64,000 nucleotides of DNA from an uncultured Pseudomonadota bacterium (GTDB lineage: Bacteria > Oederibacteriota > Muellerivitia > Muellerivitales > Muellerivitaceae): contig CAWIIP010000002.1 of the NCBI GenBank assembly GCA_963836235.1, forward strand, positions 704,001-768,000. The letters are read 5' to 3'. Made by a program: the position numbers and the translations under genes. The notes under the pieces were generated by a model. It did no database searches, was not told the origin of the DNA, and saw only the letters and a list, made by a program, of their open reading frames with translations. Positions 32,410 through 42,467 of this stretch are shown in pieces; the stretch's first letter is position 1; each line of letters starts with the position of its first letter.

Positions 32410-33639
32410 TTAAAGCTTGTTCGTCTTGGCCGCCTGCTTCAAAACAGCTTCAAGTTTTTTTCCCGATACATTCCATTGGTAGTTTTTCAGGATGAACCGC
32501 TGCCCTTTTTTCGCCCAGGCCTTCCCCGCTTTGGGTTTCAAAAGAACTTCAGCCACTTCCTGGGCGAACTGCTCCTCGTTTCCGACTACTATAACGCCAT
32601 CCCGCCCTTTCAACGGCATCCAGGAAACCGCCTGGGGGGTGGCCACGACGGGAACGCCTAAAGCTAATGACAATGCCACCTTATTTTGCATGCCCGCCGC
32701 CACCCGCAAAGGCGCGATGGAAACATTCGCTTGGACTAAATAAGGTTCGATCTCCGGCACCCACCCGGTGATGAAAACATCCTGACCATTGTGATGCCGC
32801 AAGAGGGCCTTCTGGGGATGCCCTCCCACCGCCGCGAAAACCGTAGAGGGGGCTTGCTCTTTTAACTTGGGCCAGACTTTTTTTAGGAACCAAAGGGCGC
32901 CGTCCTCATTGGCGGCATAACCCATATTGCCTACAAAGCAAACCACAGGCTTACCCTTGGGGTAAACCCCCAGCTTTTTGGCCTTGGAGACCCGCTTAAA
33001 TTCCACACCGTTGGGAATAACGGCGACCTTGTCGATCGGAGCTCCCAATTCCCTCAAAATCTGGGCATCCGACTCGGAAATGATCGTGGATTGGAAAGCC
33101 CTCTCTGACCATTCCGCTTCTTCCCTTCGGAGAAACCAGTAATCCCACCAGGCCGCCAATCGCCGGGAGAACCGCGCCACGTTTTTCTCCTTCAGTTGTT
33201 GGGCGTAAGCCGTCAGACAATCCGTTAGTTCCAAAACCACCGGCTTTCCAGGATTTCCCTCAAAAGCCGCGGGAGCCATCCGAAGCCGGTGGGCGAGAAC
33301 AACATCAATACCCTGACCGTCAGCCGTTTGCCAATAACTCTTCAGATGATCCCGGAACTTCGGGGAAAAGTAGCTTGAAACATTTAAGGACTGACCGATC
33401 AAAACCCCGCCTACCAAGTTGAAGAAAAGGTCCGAGTGGGTTAAATGCTCCAGATAAAAATGACGGCAGAGGGCGCGAAGGTCTTCGCCATAAGGGAAGT
33501 CGGACTTCACGCGAGACAGGCAAAAAAGATCGATCTTGTGGCCCCGATTCTTCAGGTGTTTAAGGAAATGATAAAGACGAAGTTTGTCACCGTCGTGCGG
33601 CGGATAAGGAACCAGGGGCGTGAGAACGAGGATGTTCAA
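32410..33639 (-). CDS. Glycosyltransferase family 4
   Basis: PYPPHDGDKLR, IPNGV, FVGNMGYAAN, APLRVAAGMQNKV, GVPVVAT. Confidence 0.9.
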   Translation of the reverse strand: MNILVLTPLVPYPPHDGDKLRLYHFLKHLKNRGHKIDLFCLSRVKSDFPYGEDLRALCRHFYLEHLTHSDLFFNLVGGVLIGQSLNVSSYFSPKFRDHLKSYWQTADGQGIDVVLAHRLRMAPAAFEGNPGKPVVLELTDCLTAYAQQLKEKNVARFSRRLAAWWDYWFLRREEAEWSERAFQSTIISESDAQILRELGAPIDKVAVIPNGVEFKRVSKAKKLGVYPKGKPVVCFVGNMGYAANEDGALWFLKKVWPKLKEQAPSTVFAAVGGHPQKALLRHHNGQDVFITGWVPEIEPYLVQANVSIAPLRVAAGMQNKVALSLALGVPVVATPQAVSWMPLKGRDGVIVVGNEEQFAQEVAEVLLKPKAGKAWAKKGQRFILKNYQWNVSGKKLEAVLKQAAKTNKL

Positions 33640-33652
33640 GCGTTGTTGTCCT

Positions 33653-35281
33653 TTATTTATTTAAAACTTTTTTCTCTTTCAAAAACCATAAGCTTAAACC
33701 AAGGGTCACCGCCATTGTCAAACCACTCATAAGATAGCTTTTCATCTCGACCACGGGCGCTTGGAAAGCCGGATTCATTTCTGTCAGGGGAAGATGAAGA
33801 AAAGAACCAGCTATCTTTAAAATCCAGTTTTCCCCATTTAGTTTGTTATACCGCAACCAAGGGATCGCCGCCAAAAGCCAATTGACCCCCACCCCAATTG
33901 CCAGGGAAAAGCCGGCCAACTTCGTCCAAATGTCCCCCGCTTTCATTCTTTCAATAGAGGGATAAATGGTCAGCAACAAAAGGGGCGTCACCCCCACCCA
34001 ATAGCGGGTGGCTGGGGTCAGCCCGAGGTTCTCATAGAAGGACATGAACAGGTAATAAAAGAGAAGAGTCCCCGCCACCAAAAGGCCCAGCGAGCTTTTG
34101 GATCGCCACAACAAAAACCCGCCGGTCACGACCAGCCCGAAGATGGGGAAATGGAACCATAATCCACATTCCTGATCTAGTAGCAGACCAAAGAACCCGT
34201 CCCAAAAATGGCTTAATCGAAATAAGGATGTGAAAGGTTCATTGTGGGCCCCTAGGGGCGTCAATACTCCATAAAGGCTGTAAAAATAGAGGACCAGAAA
34301 CAAAACTGGAATTCCAAAACAAACCCCAAATTTTCCGGCTTGCGACAAACGGTATTTCTTGTCTTTCCAAATCTCGTACGCGGCGAACAAAAGGAAAGGA
34401 AAAAAAATTAAAACGTTGCGGTTATGCATCCAAATCATCAATCCCAGGCATAATCCCAGCCAGGCCCGTCGCTTCTTAATTACGAGAAGAAGGCTTAACG
34501 CCACCAGACAAGCGGTTGGAATTTCAGGGAAGATAAGACCGGAGAAAAGAAGTAACGGGCTGGAGAAAAGGCCGACTATTCCCGTCGCATGAAGCGCCCA
34601 ACCCTCCGCACCCATTTCTTCCAACACACGCATCGTCAGATAAAGGGCCAACGCGGCTAACAGGGCCATGGTCACTGCCGCCCCAATCCGCCCGGCGATG
34701 AGGAATCCTGGCAGTATCAGCAATACCGGCCCCAAAGGATGATGGCTGTATCTTTTACCGTCCACCACATGTTCCAACCCTTGGGGTTCCAACACACCCC
34801 GTTGATAAAATTGTTCGTAATCTTTATTGGCGTAATTGTTCGCAAGGTCCAAATCCCCGTCATGGATCAGACTGTAGGCCATCAACAAATAATGGGGTTC
34901 GTCCCCGCTCAGCTCGCAAACCGAAGCCGTCCAAAGAGTGGTTCCCACAAAGAGAAAAAGGGCCACGCACCCGAAGATTTTGGAATCCTTCCATCCTCTC
35001 CTTTGCGATTTTTTTAGGAGAAGCCGGGAAAACAAGAACAAATGGGTCATCCAAAGGAGTCCCAAGAGGATTTGCATTTTGCGCTCGGTGAAATTATGAG
35101 GATCGGGAAGGTTCAGCTTTTCAACCAAGGGCCAGCAAAAACCGAGAAACCAGGGGAGATGGGTGAAAAGGATGTCCTTCATGAGGATAGGGAAGGATTT
35201 TTCAACGGTCATCCATCGCGCCAGGATTATTTCAACCGTTCCTAAGGCGACAGCAAAAGATAAAAGTTCGATGAGCGTCAT
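33653..35281 (-). CDS. Polytopic membrane protein, GT-C-like glycosyltransferase
   Basis: Many TM helices, with GDEPHYLL...DGDLDL in an early loop resembling the GT-C acidic DE motif; lies between GT4 genes. Confidence 0.6.
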   Translation of the reverse strand: MTLIELLSFAVALGTVEIILARWMTVEKSFPILMKDILFTHLPWFLGFCWPLVEKLNLPDPHNFTERKMQILLGLLWMTHLFLFSRLLLKKSQRRGWKDSKIFGCVALFLFVGTTLWTASVCELSGDEPHYLLMAYSLIHDGDLDLANNYANKDYEQFYQRGVLEPQGLEHVVDGKRYSHHPLGPVLLILPGFLIAGRIGAAVTMALLAALALYLTMRVLEEMGAEGWALHATGIVGLFSSPLLLFSGLIFPEIPTACLVALSLLLVIKKRRAWLGLCLGLMIWMHNRNVLIFFPFLLFAAYEIWKDKKYRLSQAGKFGVCFGIPVLFLVLYFYSLYGVLTPLGAHNEPFTSLFRLSHFWDGFFGLLLDQECGLWFHFPIFGLVVTGGFLLWRSKSSLGLLVAGTLLFYYLFMSFYENLGLTPATRYWVGVTPLLLLTIYPSIERMKAGDIWTKLAGFSLAIGVGVNWLLAAIPWLRYNKLNGENWILKIAGSFLHLPLTEMNPAFQAPVVEMKSYLMSGLTMAVTLGLSLWFLKEKKVLNK

Positions 35282-36411
35282 AACGCCTGGCCGACCCTCT
35301 CATAAACTTTCAACGTCAACCGCGCGGTTTTTTCCCAAGTAAAAAGTTTGGCGCGTTTTAACCCCCGTTGGATATAGCGCCGCCTCAACACGGACCCTTC
35401 CATCATTTGTTTCACGGCCTTAGCGATAGCTTGTGGGCTTTCCGGGTCGATCAGAAGGGCCGCGTCCCCCGCCACCTCAGGCAAGGACGTGGTATTGGAG
35501 GCGATCACCGGCACCCCGCAGGCGAAGGCCTCCAATACCGGCAGGCCAAAACCTTCCAAACGCGAGGGATAAAGAAAAAGGTCCGATTCCGCGTAAACAC
35601 GGCTCAACATTTCAGACGGCACGTTCCCCGCCCATTCCAAAAGATTCCCGATTCCCAAAGAAACAACCTGGTTCATGTAGTTCGTGCATTTCAATTCCGC
35701 CTCATCCATGCCCAAGATGATCACTTGGAACTTCTTGCCGCGATCCGCGAGAATTTTCACCGCCTTCAGGATATTGGGAATATTTTTCCGCTCGTCCGCC
35801 GCTCCATGCGCCAAAATCTTGAAAAGTTTGGAAGGTTTGCGTGAAACCTTTTTAAACAGCCGTCGATCCACTCCCTCCGGTGTTACGAAAACCCGGGTCC
35901 CGTCGATTTTCATGTTTTTGAGAATCTCACCTTTCGAAAATTCAGATACGGTCAAAACAGCCTTAGCCCGGGAAGTTGAACGGCTGATGGCCCATTTTTT
36001 ATAGGCGTCAATCAACCTGTGTCGAAACGCGGCCTTGGGCCTCACTTGGGCCAGCGGCCGGGTGTGCATCGTGTCATGGAGCGTTACCACAAAGGGGATG
36101 GGGTCAAGGGCCGTGGCCGAATTATCGGTATAGTGAAGAAGTTGCACCCCTTGTTCCCGGGCCGCGCGCGGGAGCAGCACCTGCTCGTAATAAGCGGCAT
36201 TGGAAAAAGGCACGGTAACCCAGCTAAAACGGGAGGAGGAAATTTGGCTTCTCAATACGTGAGGGGCATTAAAAATCGAATAGTGGTTTTTCCGGTCAAT
36301 CTTCGAAAGGGCAAGGATCAGGTTGGCGGCATAGGTACCGACACCACGCCGGTAAGCCAAGCGGGTGTCGATACCGATATGAAGAGATTTATTTCTTGGG
36401 CTTTTCCGCAC
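35278..36411 (-). CDS. Glycosyltransferase family 4
   Basis: GVGTY, TLHD, TVSEFSK, EGFGLPVLEAFACGVPV. Confidence 0.93.
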   Translation of the reverse strand: MRKSPRNKSLHIGIDTRLAYRRGVGTYAANLILALSKIDRKNHYSIFNAPHVLRSQISSSRFSWVTVPFSNAAYYEQVLLPRAAREQGVQLLHYTDNSATALDPIPFVVTLHDTMHTRPLAQVRPKAAFRHRLIDAYKKWAISRSTSRAKAVLTVSEFSKGEILKNMKIDGTRVFVTPEGVDRRLFKKVSRKPSKLFKILAHGAADERKNIPNILKAVKILADRGKKFQVIILGMDEAELKCTNYMNQVVSLGIGNLLEWAGNVPSEMLSRVYAESDLFLYPSRLEGFGLPVLEAFACGVPVIASNTTSLPEVAGDAALLIDPESPQAIAKAVKQMMEGSVLRRRYIQRGLKRAKLFTWEKTARLTLKVYERVGQAL

Positions 36412-36553
36412 GGTCAGCGAGCATCACGGGTATACCATTCTCAATGGGATAACGCTTCTTACAGGCGGTACATTCGATGGCGTTATCCTTCTCCCGCACG
36501 GCCGATCCGCAGGCGGGACAGATCAGGATATTCAATAAATCTTGTGAGATCAC
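36389..36553 (-). CDS. Trm112/YcaR-family small Zn-finger protein (54 aa, absent from ORF track)
   Basis: Manual translation from GTG: MISQDLLNILICPACGSAVREKDNAIECTACKKRYPIENGIPVMLADRAEKPKK*. It shows the L..L.CP.C ... YPI..GIPVML signature. Confidence 0.9.
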   Translation of the reverse strand: MISQDLLNILICPACGSAVREKDNAIECTACKKRYPIENGIPVMLADRAEKPKK

Positions 36554-36595
36554 GGTTTCCCCTTTGTTTCAGGATTTAAGCTGTTTTATTCGAAA

Positions 36596-37378
36596 TTAAG
36601 GCTTCTTTGTAGCTTTGAGGATGATCCCCCCACCCAACCCAGGTAAGAGGGCTTTACCTATCGCATCCGTCACGTTGAGAATCGACCGATTAATAGACGG
36701 GCCGAAGAGACTTACAACTTGTTCAAGGATTCGCGGTAATTTTAAGTAATTATAGGTTTCGATGGAGACCCTGTCAAACTTGGCCTCTTCCGCTAGTTTT
36801 CTTAATTTGCCAGGCCCGAAAAAGAAAAGGTGATCGGTTTGTTTGGACTTTCGCCCTTTGTTTACGAAAGGCAAAAGCCGTTTGAAATAGGATTTATCGT
36901 TGGTGACCGACACCACGAGCACTCCTCCCGGCTTCAATAACCGTTTGGCCTCGGAAAAAACTTTCGCCGGCTCATAGCAATGGTCGATGGCTTCTTTCAC
37001 GACCACTCCATGGGCGACCATGTCCTGGACAGGTACCTGCTCGGCCATACCCCGCACGAACCCCATGCCGTATTCCAAAATATCCCGTTGCTTCAACTGT
37101 TCGCCGGAAGGCTCGAATCCCAAATAATTCCAGACCCTTGCCCTTCCCCGGCCTTGCAGGAATAGCGCGAATTCCCCTCGTCCCGCGCCAATATCCAAAA
37201 GAAGCGGCCGACCCTTGAAGGCCCCCGTTTCATGAAAGTTTTCATCAATCATGGCCTCGACCTTCTCGTCCAACCGCTTATATCGGAGCTTCATTAGGGG
37301 AGTGAGGGACTTAAGGTACTCGTCGTCATCCCAATGGGACTGAAGTAATTTCCATTTTTCAAAATTTGCTTCGCTCAA
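36596..37378 (-). CDS. Class I SAM-dependent methyltransferase
   Basis: LLDIGAGRG and LLKPGGVL. TTG start at 37378 after AAGGA chosen; ORF extends to 37447. Confidence 0.85.
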   Translation of the reverse strand: MSEANFEKWKLLQSHWDDDEYLKSLTPLMKLRYKRLDEKVEAMIDENFHETGAFKGRPLLLDIGAGRGEFALFLQGRGRARVWNYLGFEPSGEQLKQRDILEYGMGFVRGMAEQVPVQDMVAHGVVVKEAIDHCYEPAKVFSEAKRLLKPGGVLVVSVTNDKSYFKRLLPFVNKGRKSKQTDHLFFFGPGKLRKLAEEAKFDRVSIETYNYLKLPRILEQVVSLFGPSINRSILNVTDAIGKALLPGLGGGIILKATKKP

Positions 37379-37391
37379 ATGTCCGTTCCTT

Positions 37392-37967
37392 TCACTTAAA
37401 AAACGGGAAACTCCAAAAAACGCAGCTGATGAGCAAAAGAATAGCATAGACAGCGTAAAAGAGGAGCCAAAGCGGTTCCAACAGAAAATGTAATATCACC
37501 ATAAGCGCCCATTGGGTGGTGGGCTTTTCGTCTTCACCCCTTTTTTTCGCCTTTTCCAGGGCCCGGTTAATCCGTCCGTAATCCTCAAACCGCAGGATAA
37601 AAATCCACTCGATGAACTTTCGAAAGAAACCAGGGAAGGGTTGAATAATCTCCCGGAAAAAAGCTTCCATCTTCTTTGCCCACTCTTCTCCAATTATCAG
37701 AGCGGACAAAGGAACGAGGTCGGCCACCTTCATGAAAAGGGAAGCTAAGAGGTTACCCAAAATCATTTGAAGTGAAAAACACCATCCGCCAAACAAACCC
37801 ATCACGACACCAACAACGAAAAAATAAACGGTGGTATGCCCCGGATTGAACCCCAGGGTTCCGCTATGAACCGCCCGATAAGTCATTCCCGCGAACCCGG
37901 CCAGACAAAGACCGATCCCTAGACCCAAACCCATTCCCTTGAGGAAAAGAAGGATAAACTTCTTCAT
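37392..37967 (-). CDS. Hypothetical membrane protein
   Basis: Three hydrophobic segments; AAGGAG RBS. Confidence 0.7.
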   Translation of the reverse strand: MKKFILLFLKGMGLGLGIGLCLAGFAGMTYRAVHSGTLGFNPGHTTVYFFVVGVVMGLFGGWCFSLQMILGNLLASLFMKVADLVPLSALIIGEEWAKKMEAFFREIIQPFPGFFRKFIEWIFILRFEDYGRINRALEKAKKRGEDEKPTTQWALMVILHFLLEPLWLLFYAVYAILLLISCVFWSFPFFK

Positions 37968-38176
37968 TGACCGCTCCTTTGAAGGCCCATCTTAATCTAT
38001 GCCAAAGCGCGCCGCTGAAAACAACCGGTCTTGTTCAATTAACAATTTTGTGTGCGAAAACCAAAATTGTCCGCTTGATGTTTTATAAACAGCGGATTTA
38101 AGGCCATTTTTAAAGACCATTTTGGCCCTTTAATTGCCTTATATCTGAGGTTCAGGCGGCGAAAAAGGAGACTCTG

Positions 38177-39625
38177 ATGGATTTCCAAAATTACGATACC
38201 GGTCCATTTTATGATGAACTTTTCGAAAATTCCGGCAAGCCCCGCTCCATGGTGGCACCCCTCATCCAGCGCCTTAAGGACATGTCCCACAGCGATTTAA
38301 TCCGCCAGCAAAAAGCCGCTGAATCCGAATTTCTCCAAATGGGCATTACCTTCACGGTGTACGGCAACAAGGAGGGTACGGAGAAAATTTTTCCCTTCGA
38401 CATTATTCCCCGCATCGTCCCCAATTCGGAATGGCAGGTCATCGAGAAGGGCCTGATCCAACGCATCCAGGCTCTGAACCTTTTCATCGACGATATTTAC
38501 CACGGCCAGCAGATTCTAAAGGATAAGGCCATTCCAAAAGATGTCGTGCTTTCTTCTTTCGGTTACCGAAGCCAATGCGTGGGGCTCACTCCCCCACGCC
38601 GAATTTGGATTCATATCACGGGTACAGACTTGGTCCGGGACAAGGACGGTCACTACTACGTGCTGGAGGACAACCTTCGTTGTCCCTCAGGTGTATCTTA
38701 TGTGTTGGAAAACCGTAATGTTCTCAAGCGAACCCTGCCCCAGGCCTTTCAAGATATGTCGGTCAAGCCTGTGGAGGACTATCCTCTGCGCCTGTTGGAC
38801 ACCTTGCGTTACTCAGCCCCGAACGATTCCGCCTCTCCCCGGGTAGTGGTCCTGACCCCCGGTCCCTATAACTCGGCCTATTTCGAGCACGCTTTCCTGG
38901 CCCAGCAAATGGGCGCCCAATTGGTGGAAGGCCGGGACCTGGTCGTCTCCGACGGCTATGTGAAACTCCGCACCACCAGGGGTTATGAGCGGGTGGATGT
39001 CATTTACCGCCGGGTGGACGACGAATTCATCGATCCGCTGGCTTTCAAGCCCGATTCCACCCTGGGAGTACCCGGTCTCATGGAAGTCTACCGCAAGGGA
39101 CGGGTGGCCCTGGCCAACGCCATCGGCACGGGGATAGCCGACGACAAGGGCATCTACGCCTATGTACCCAACATGATCAAATTTTATCTACAGGAAGATC
39201 CCATCCTTCCCAACGTTCCCACCTATGTTTGCTGGGAGGCGGACCAGCGAAAATACGTCCTTGAAAACCTGGATAAAGTAGTGGTCAAGGCCGTCAACCA
39301 GGCGGGGGGCTATGGCATGCTGGTGGGTCCCCACTCCACCAAGGAAGAACAGGAAAAGTTCGCCAAACTTATCACGGCGCACCCGAGGGAATATATCGCC
39401 CAACCCACGTTGGCGCTCTCCCGGGTGCCGGTCATCGTGGACGACCATTTTGAGGGCCGCCACGTGGACTTACGGCCCTATGTTCTTTACGGGCGAAGCG
39501 TTTATGTTCTTCCCGGCGGGCTGACAAGGGTGGCATTGAAGAAGGGTTCACTGGTCGTGAATTCATCACAGGGCGGCGGCAGCAAAGATACCTGGGTTCT
39601 CGGTGAATCTCCCACTCCGGTTTAA
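38177..39625 (+). CDS. Circularly permuted ATP-grasp type 2 protein
   Basis: [55 protein letters not shown]. Confidence 0.95.
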   Translation: MDFQNYDTGPFYDELFENSGKPRSMVAPLIQRLKDMSHSDLIRQQKAAESEFLQMGITFTVYGNKEGTEKIFPFDIIPRIVPNSEWQVIEKGLIQRIQALNLFIDDIYHGQQILKDKAIPKDVVLSSFGYRSQCVGLTPPRRIWIHITGTDLVRDKDGHYYVLEDNLRCPSGVSYVLENRNVLKRTLPQAFQDMSVKPVEDYPLRLLDTLRYSAPNDSASPRVVVLTPGPYNSAYFEHAFLAQQMGAQLVEGRDLVVSDGYVKLRTTRGYERVDVIYRRVDDEFIDPLAFKPDSTLGVPGLMEVYRKGRVALANAIGTGIADDKGIYAYVPNMIKFYLQEDPILPNVPTYVCWEADQRKYVLENLDKVVVKAVNQAGGYGMLVGPHSTKEEQEKFAKLITAHPREYIAQPTLALSRVPVIVDDHFEGRHVDLRPYVLYGRSVYVLPGGLTRVALKKGSLVVNSSQGGGSKDTWVLGESPTPV

Positions 39626-39670
39626 AGAAAGAGGCCTCGATCAATGATTCACGGAAAACTTTGGTTAAAA

Positions 39671-39770
39671 AAGTTCGAAGTTATGAGTTTTGAGTTAGGA
39701 GTTAATAAAAATTTGAGACTCGTATCGAAAATGGACAACAACTTAAAACTTAAAGCCACGAACTCGAAAC
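39671..39770. repeat. Inverted heptamer-repeat hairpin (RAGTTnn arm, nnAACT arm)
   Basis: aagttcg aagttat gagtttt gagttag gagtt ... acaactt aaaactt aaagcca cgaactc. Confidence 0.7.
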
Positions 39771-39783
39771 CGGGGTGTTTTTC

Positions 39784-40779
39784 ATGTTAAGCCGTTTGGC
39801 CGATTCACTTTTCTGGACAGGCCGTTACGTGGAACGCGCCGAAAACGTCGCCCGCTTCATCGGGGTGAACTTGAACTTGATCTTGGATACGCCCTTGAGC
39901 GGCCAGCAACAATGGCAGCCCCTGGTGGTGACCAGCGGCGACTATCAGGATTTCGAATTGCGCTACGGCGAGCCAACCCGCGACAATGTCATCCAGTTCC
40001 TGATGTTCGACCCCGACAATCGCAACTCTATTTATTCCAGCATCCTAAAGGCCCGGGAAAACGCTCGTACCATGCGGGAGATCATCTCCTCGGAAATGTG
40101 GGAGCAGTTGAACAGTTTTTACCTGATGGTGCAAGGCGCCGTCCATAGTCCGGGCACGGGAGTCGATTCCCTGAACACCTTTTGCCGCAACGTGAAAATC
40201 TTGAGTCATCTTTTTTCCGGGGTGACGGACGCCACCATGTCCCACGGGGAGGCCTGGCACTTCTTCAACATGGGACGCCTTCTGGAACGGGCGGACAAGA
40301 CCGCCCGCATTCTGGACGTGAAATATTTCATCCTCCTGCCCAAAGTGGAGGATGTGGGCACCCCCTACGACGACATCCTTTGGACCGCCCTGTTGAAATC
40401 CGCCAGCGCCAGCGAGATGTTTCGAAAAAAGCACAGCTATATTCATCCCCTGCGGGTCGCTGAATTCCTCTTGCTGGACAGGGAATTTCCCCGCTCAGTG
40501 CGCTATTGCATTACCCAGGCCGAGGTGTCCATGCGCTCCATTACCGGGTCCCTTCCCGGCACCTATTCCAACCCGGTGGAACAGCAATTGGGCCGCCTGC
40601 GTTCCGAGTTGGATTACGCCGACATCGGCGGGATGGCCGCCTTCGGGTTGCATGAGTACCTCGACAGCTTCGAGGCCAAGTTGAACGCGGTGGGCGAAGC
40701 CCTTTTCGCCATTTATTTCTCGAACCAGCCGGGGGCCGAGATGGCCGCCGAGCCCTTGCCCGAAAGGAACAACCAATGA
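39784..40779 (+). CDS. Alpha-E domain protein
   Basis: MLSRLADSLFWTGRYVERAEN, ARENAR, GRLLERADKTARILDVKY, FPRSV. Confidence 0.95.
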   Translation: MLSRLADSLFWTGRYVERAENVARFIGVNLNLILDTPLSGQQQWQPLVVTSGDYQDFELRYGEPTRDNVIQFLMFDPDNRNSIYSSILKARENARTMREIISSEMWEQLNSFYLMVQGAVHSPGTGVDSLNTFCRNVKILSHLFSGVTDATMSHGEAWHFFNMGRLLERADKTARILDVKYFILLPKVEDVGTPYDDILWTALLKSASASEMFRKKHSYIHPLRVAEFLLLDREFPRSVRYCITQAEVSMRSITGSLPGTYSNPVEQQLGRLRSELDYADIGGMAAFGLHEYLDSFEAKLNAVGEALFAIYFSNQPGAEMAAEPLPERNNQ

Positions 40780-41528
40780 CTTTTTGCCTTGCCATGAAAA
40801 TAAAAGAGGGGTTGGTGGCCCTGGCCGACACCCGCATCACCAGCGGCACCGAGCAGATCACGGGCCGGAAGGTTTCCATCCACGAGAATCACGGCCAGCC
40901 TTTTTTCCTGATGACCTCCGGGCTCCGCTCCGCCCGCGATAAGGCGATTACCTATTTCAACGAACGCTTGGAAAACGAGAAGGAAACCTACCCGCATCTT
41001 TATAAGGCCGTGAATGTCTTCGCGGAGCAGGTAAGGCGGGTCATCAAGGAAGACAAGGAGGCCTTGGGGGAGGCAGGCTATAGCTTCAATCTCTTTTCCA
41101 TCATCGGGGGCCAGATGCCCAGCGACACGGAACACAAACTTTACCTCATTTATCCTCAGGGCAACTGGGTGGAAGTGACGGAAAGCACCCCCTATTACGC
41201 CATCGGCGAATCCGCCTATGGAAAGCCGTTGTTGGACCGGGCCTTGCGTTATGAAACGACCATGGAAGTGGCGATGAAGGTGGGATACCTGGCCTTTGAG
41301 GCCACCCGCACCAGCGCCACGGACGTGGACTTTCCCATCGATATGGTGCTGTACCGCAAGGATACCAACCGGATGACCGAAACGCGCTACGAGCGGGAAG
41401 ACCTTAAGGAAGTCACGGACTGGTGGAAGGTACGTGTCCGAGAAACGGTGGAGCTTTGTCCCTCCCAATGGGCGGAAACCGCCATGGGAAAGTTGCCCCG
41501 TAAATGGGGGGAGAGCCATGCGGTTTGA
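40776..41528 (+). CDS. Anbu-like proteasome-type Ntn peptidase
   Basis: N-terminal nucleophile Thr (M-TFCLA), DTR, LYLIYPQGNW, IGESAYGKPLLDR; operon context. Confidence 0.9.
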   Translation: MTFCLAMKIKEGLVALADTRITSGTEQITGRKVSIHENHGQPFFLMTSGLRSARDKAITYFNERLENEKETYPHLYKAVNVFAEQVRRVIKEDKEALGEAGYSFNLFSIIGGQMPSDTEHKLYLIYPQGNWVEVTESTPYYAIGESAYGKPLLDRALRYETTMEVAMKVGYLAFEATRTSATDVDFPIDMVLYRKDTNRMTETRYEREDLKEVTDWWKVRVRETVELCPSQWAETAMGKLPRKWGESHAV

Positions 41529-42387
41529 GATACGCCATAAGGTTCGTTATACCTACAGCAAGGAAGTTTTCCTCGAGCCAACCTCCATCCATTTAAAGCC
41601 CCGAAACGACTTCAGCCAGAGGGTGGATTTTTTTGAGCTAAAGGTGGAACCCACGCCCGTGGGACTCTCCGAATCCTTGGACCTATTTAACAACCACGAG
41701 GTCATGGCCTGGTTCTCCGGTAAACATTCCAGCTTCTGCGTCCAAACTCGCTCTCGGGTGGAAACGACCTTAAGCAACCCTTTCAACTACCTTATTACCG
41801 ATCCCATGGTTTTGCGGCTTCCTGGCAAATATGGAACCGAGCATTCTGTTTTGGCCTCCTACCTCAAACCCGCGCCGGACCCTTCGGTGGAAAATCTCGC
41901 CCAGGAATTGTTGAATGAAAGCGACGATAACGCCATCAACTTCCTCTTCCACGCCACCGATTATCTCCACCGCGAGTTCAAGCATGTGATCCGTTCCCAG
42001 GGGGATGCCTTGCCCGCCTTCAAGACCCTGCGCCGCCGCGAGGGGGCCTGCCGGGACTTGGCGGTTTTGCTGGTGGAGATTTGCCGGTCCATGGGCTTGG
42101 CCGCGCGGTTCGTCAGCGGTTACAAATACGACCCCGGTTCCAAGGACGCCAATGAATTGCATGCTTGGGCGGAAGTCTACCTGCCGGGCGCGGGTTGGAG
42201 GGGCTATGACCCCACTTGGGGACTGGCGGTGGCGGACTTGCACGTTCCCCTGGCGGCGGGCCCTACACCCCTTGAGGCGGCCCCGGTTTCCGGCACTTTC
42301 CGTGGAACGGATGTTCTTTCCAAGCTGGATTACCAGGTGGAAGTGGAATCCCTGGACGAGGCTCCTAAGCTGAATTCACCCCGTTAA
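41518..42387 (+). CDS. Transglutaminase-like protein
   Basis: Triad motifs GACRDLA, ARFVSGY, LHAWAEVYLPGAGWRGYDPT; start at MRFEIRH. Confidence 0.93.
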   Translation: MRFEIRHKVRYTYSKEVFLEPTSIHLKPRNDFSQRVDFFELKVEPTPVGLSESLDLFNNHEVMAWFSGKHSSFCVQTRSRVETTLSNPFNYLITDPMVLRLPGKYGTEHSVLASYLKPAPDPSVENLAQELLNESDDNAINFLFHATDYLHREFKHVIRSQGDALPAFKTLRRREGACRDLAVLLVEICRSMGLAARFVSGYKYDPGSKDANELHAWAEVYLPGAGWRGYDPTWGLAVADLHVPLAAGPTPLEAAPVSGTFRGTDVLSKLDYQVEVESLDEAPKLNSPR

Positions 42388-42467
42388 GGCGAAGAAGCCT
42401 TCCCTCTTGTGACGCTGGGGCCCCGCTTCTATAGATTTACGGTCCTTTGACTTTTATACTGCCTTCC

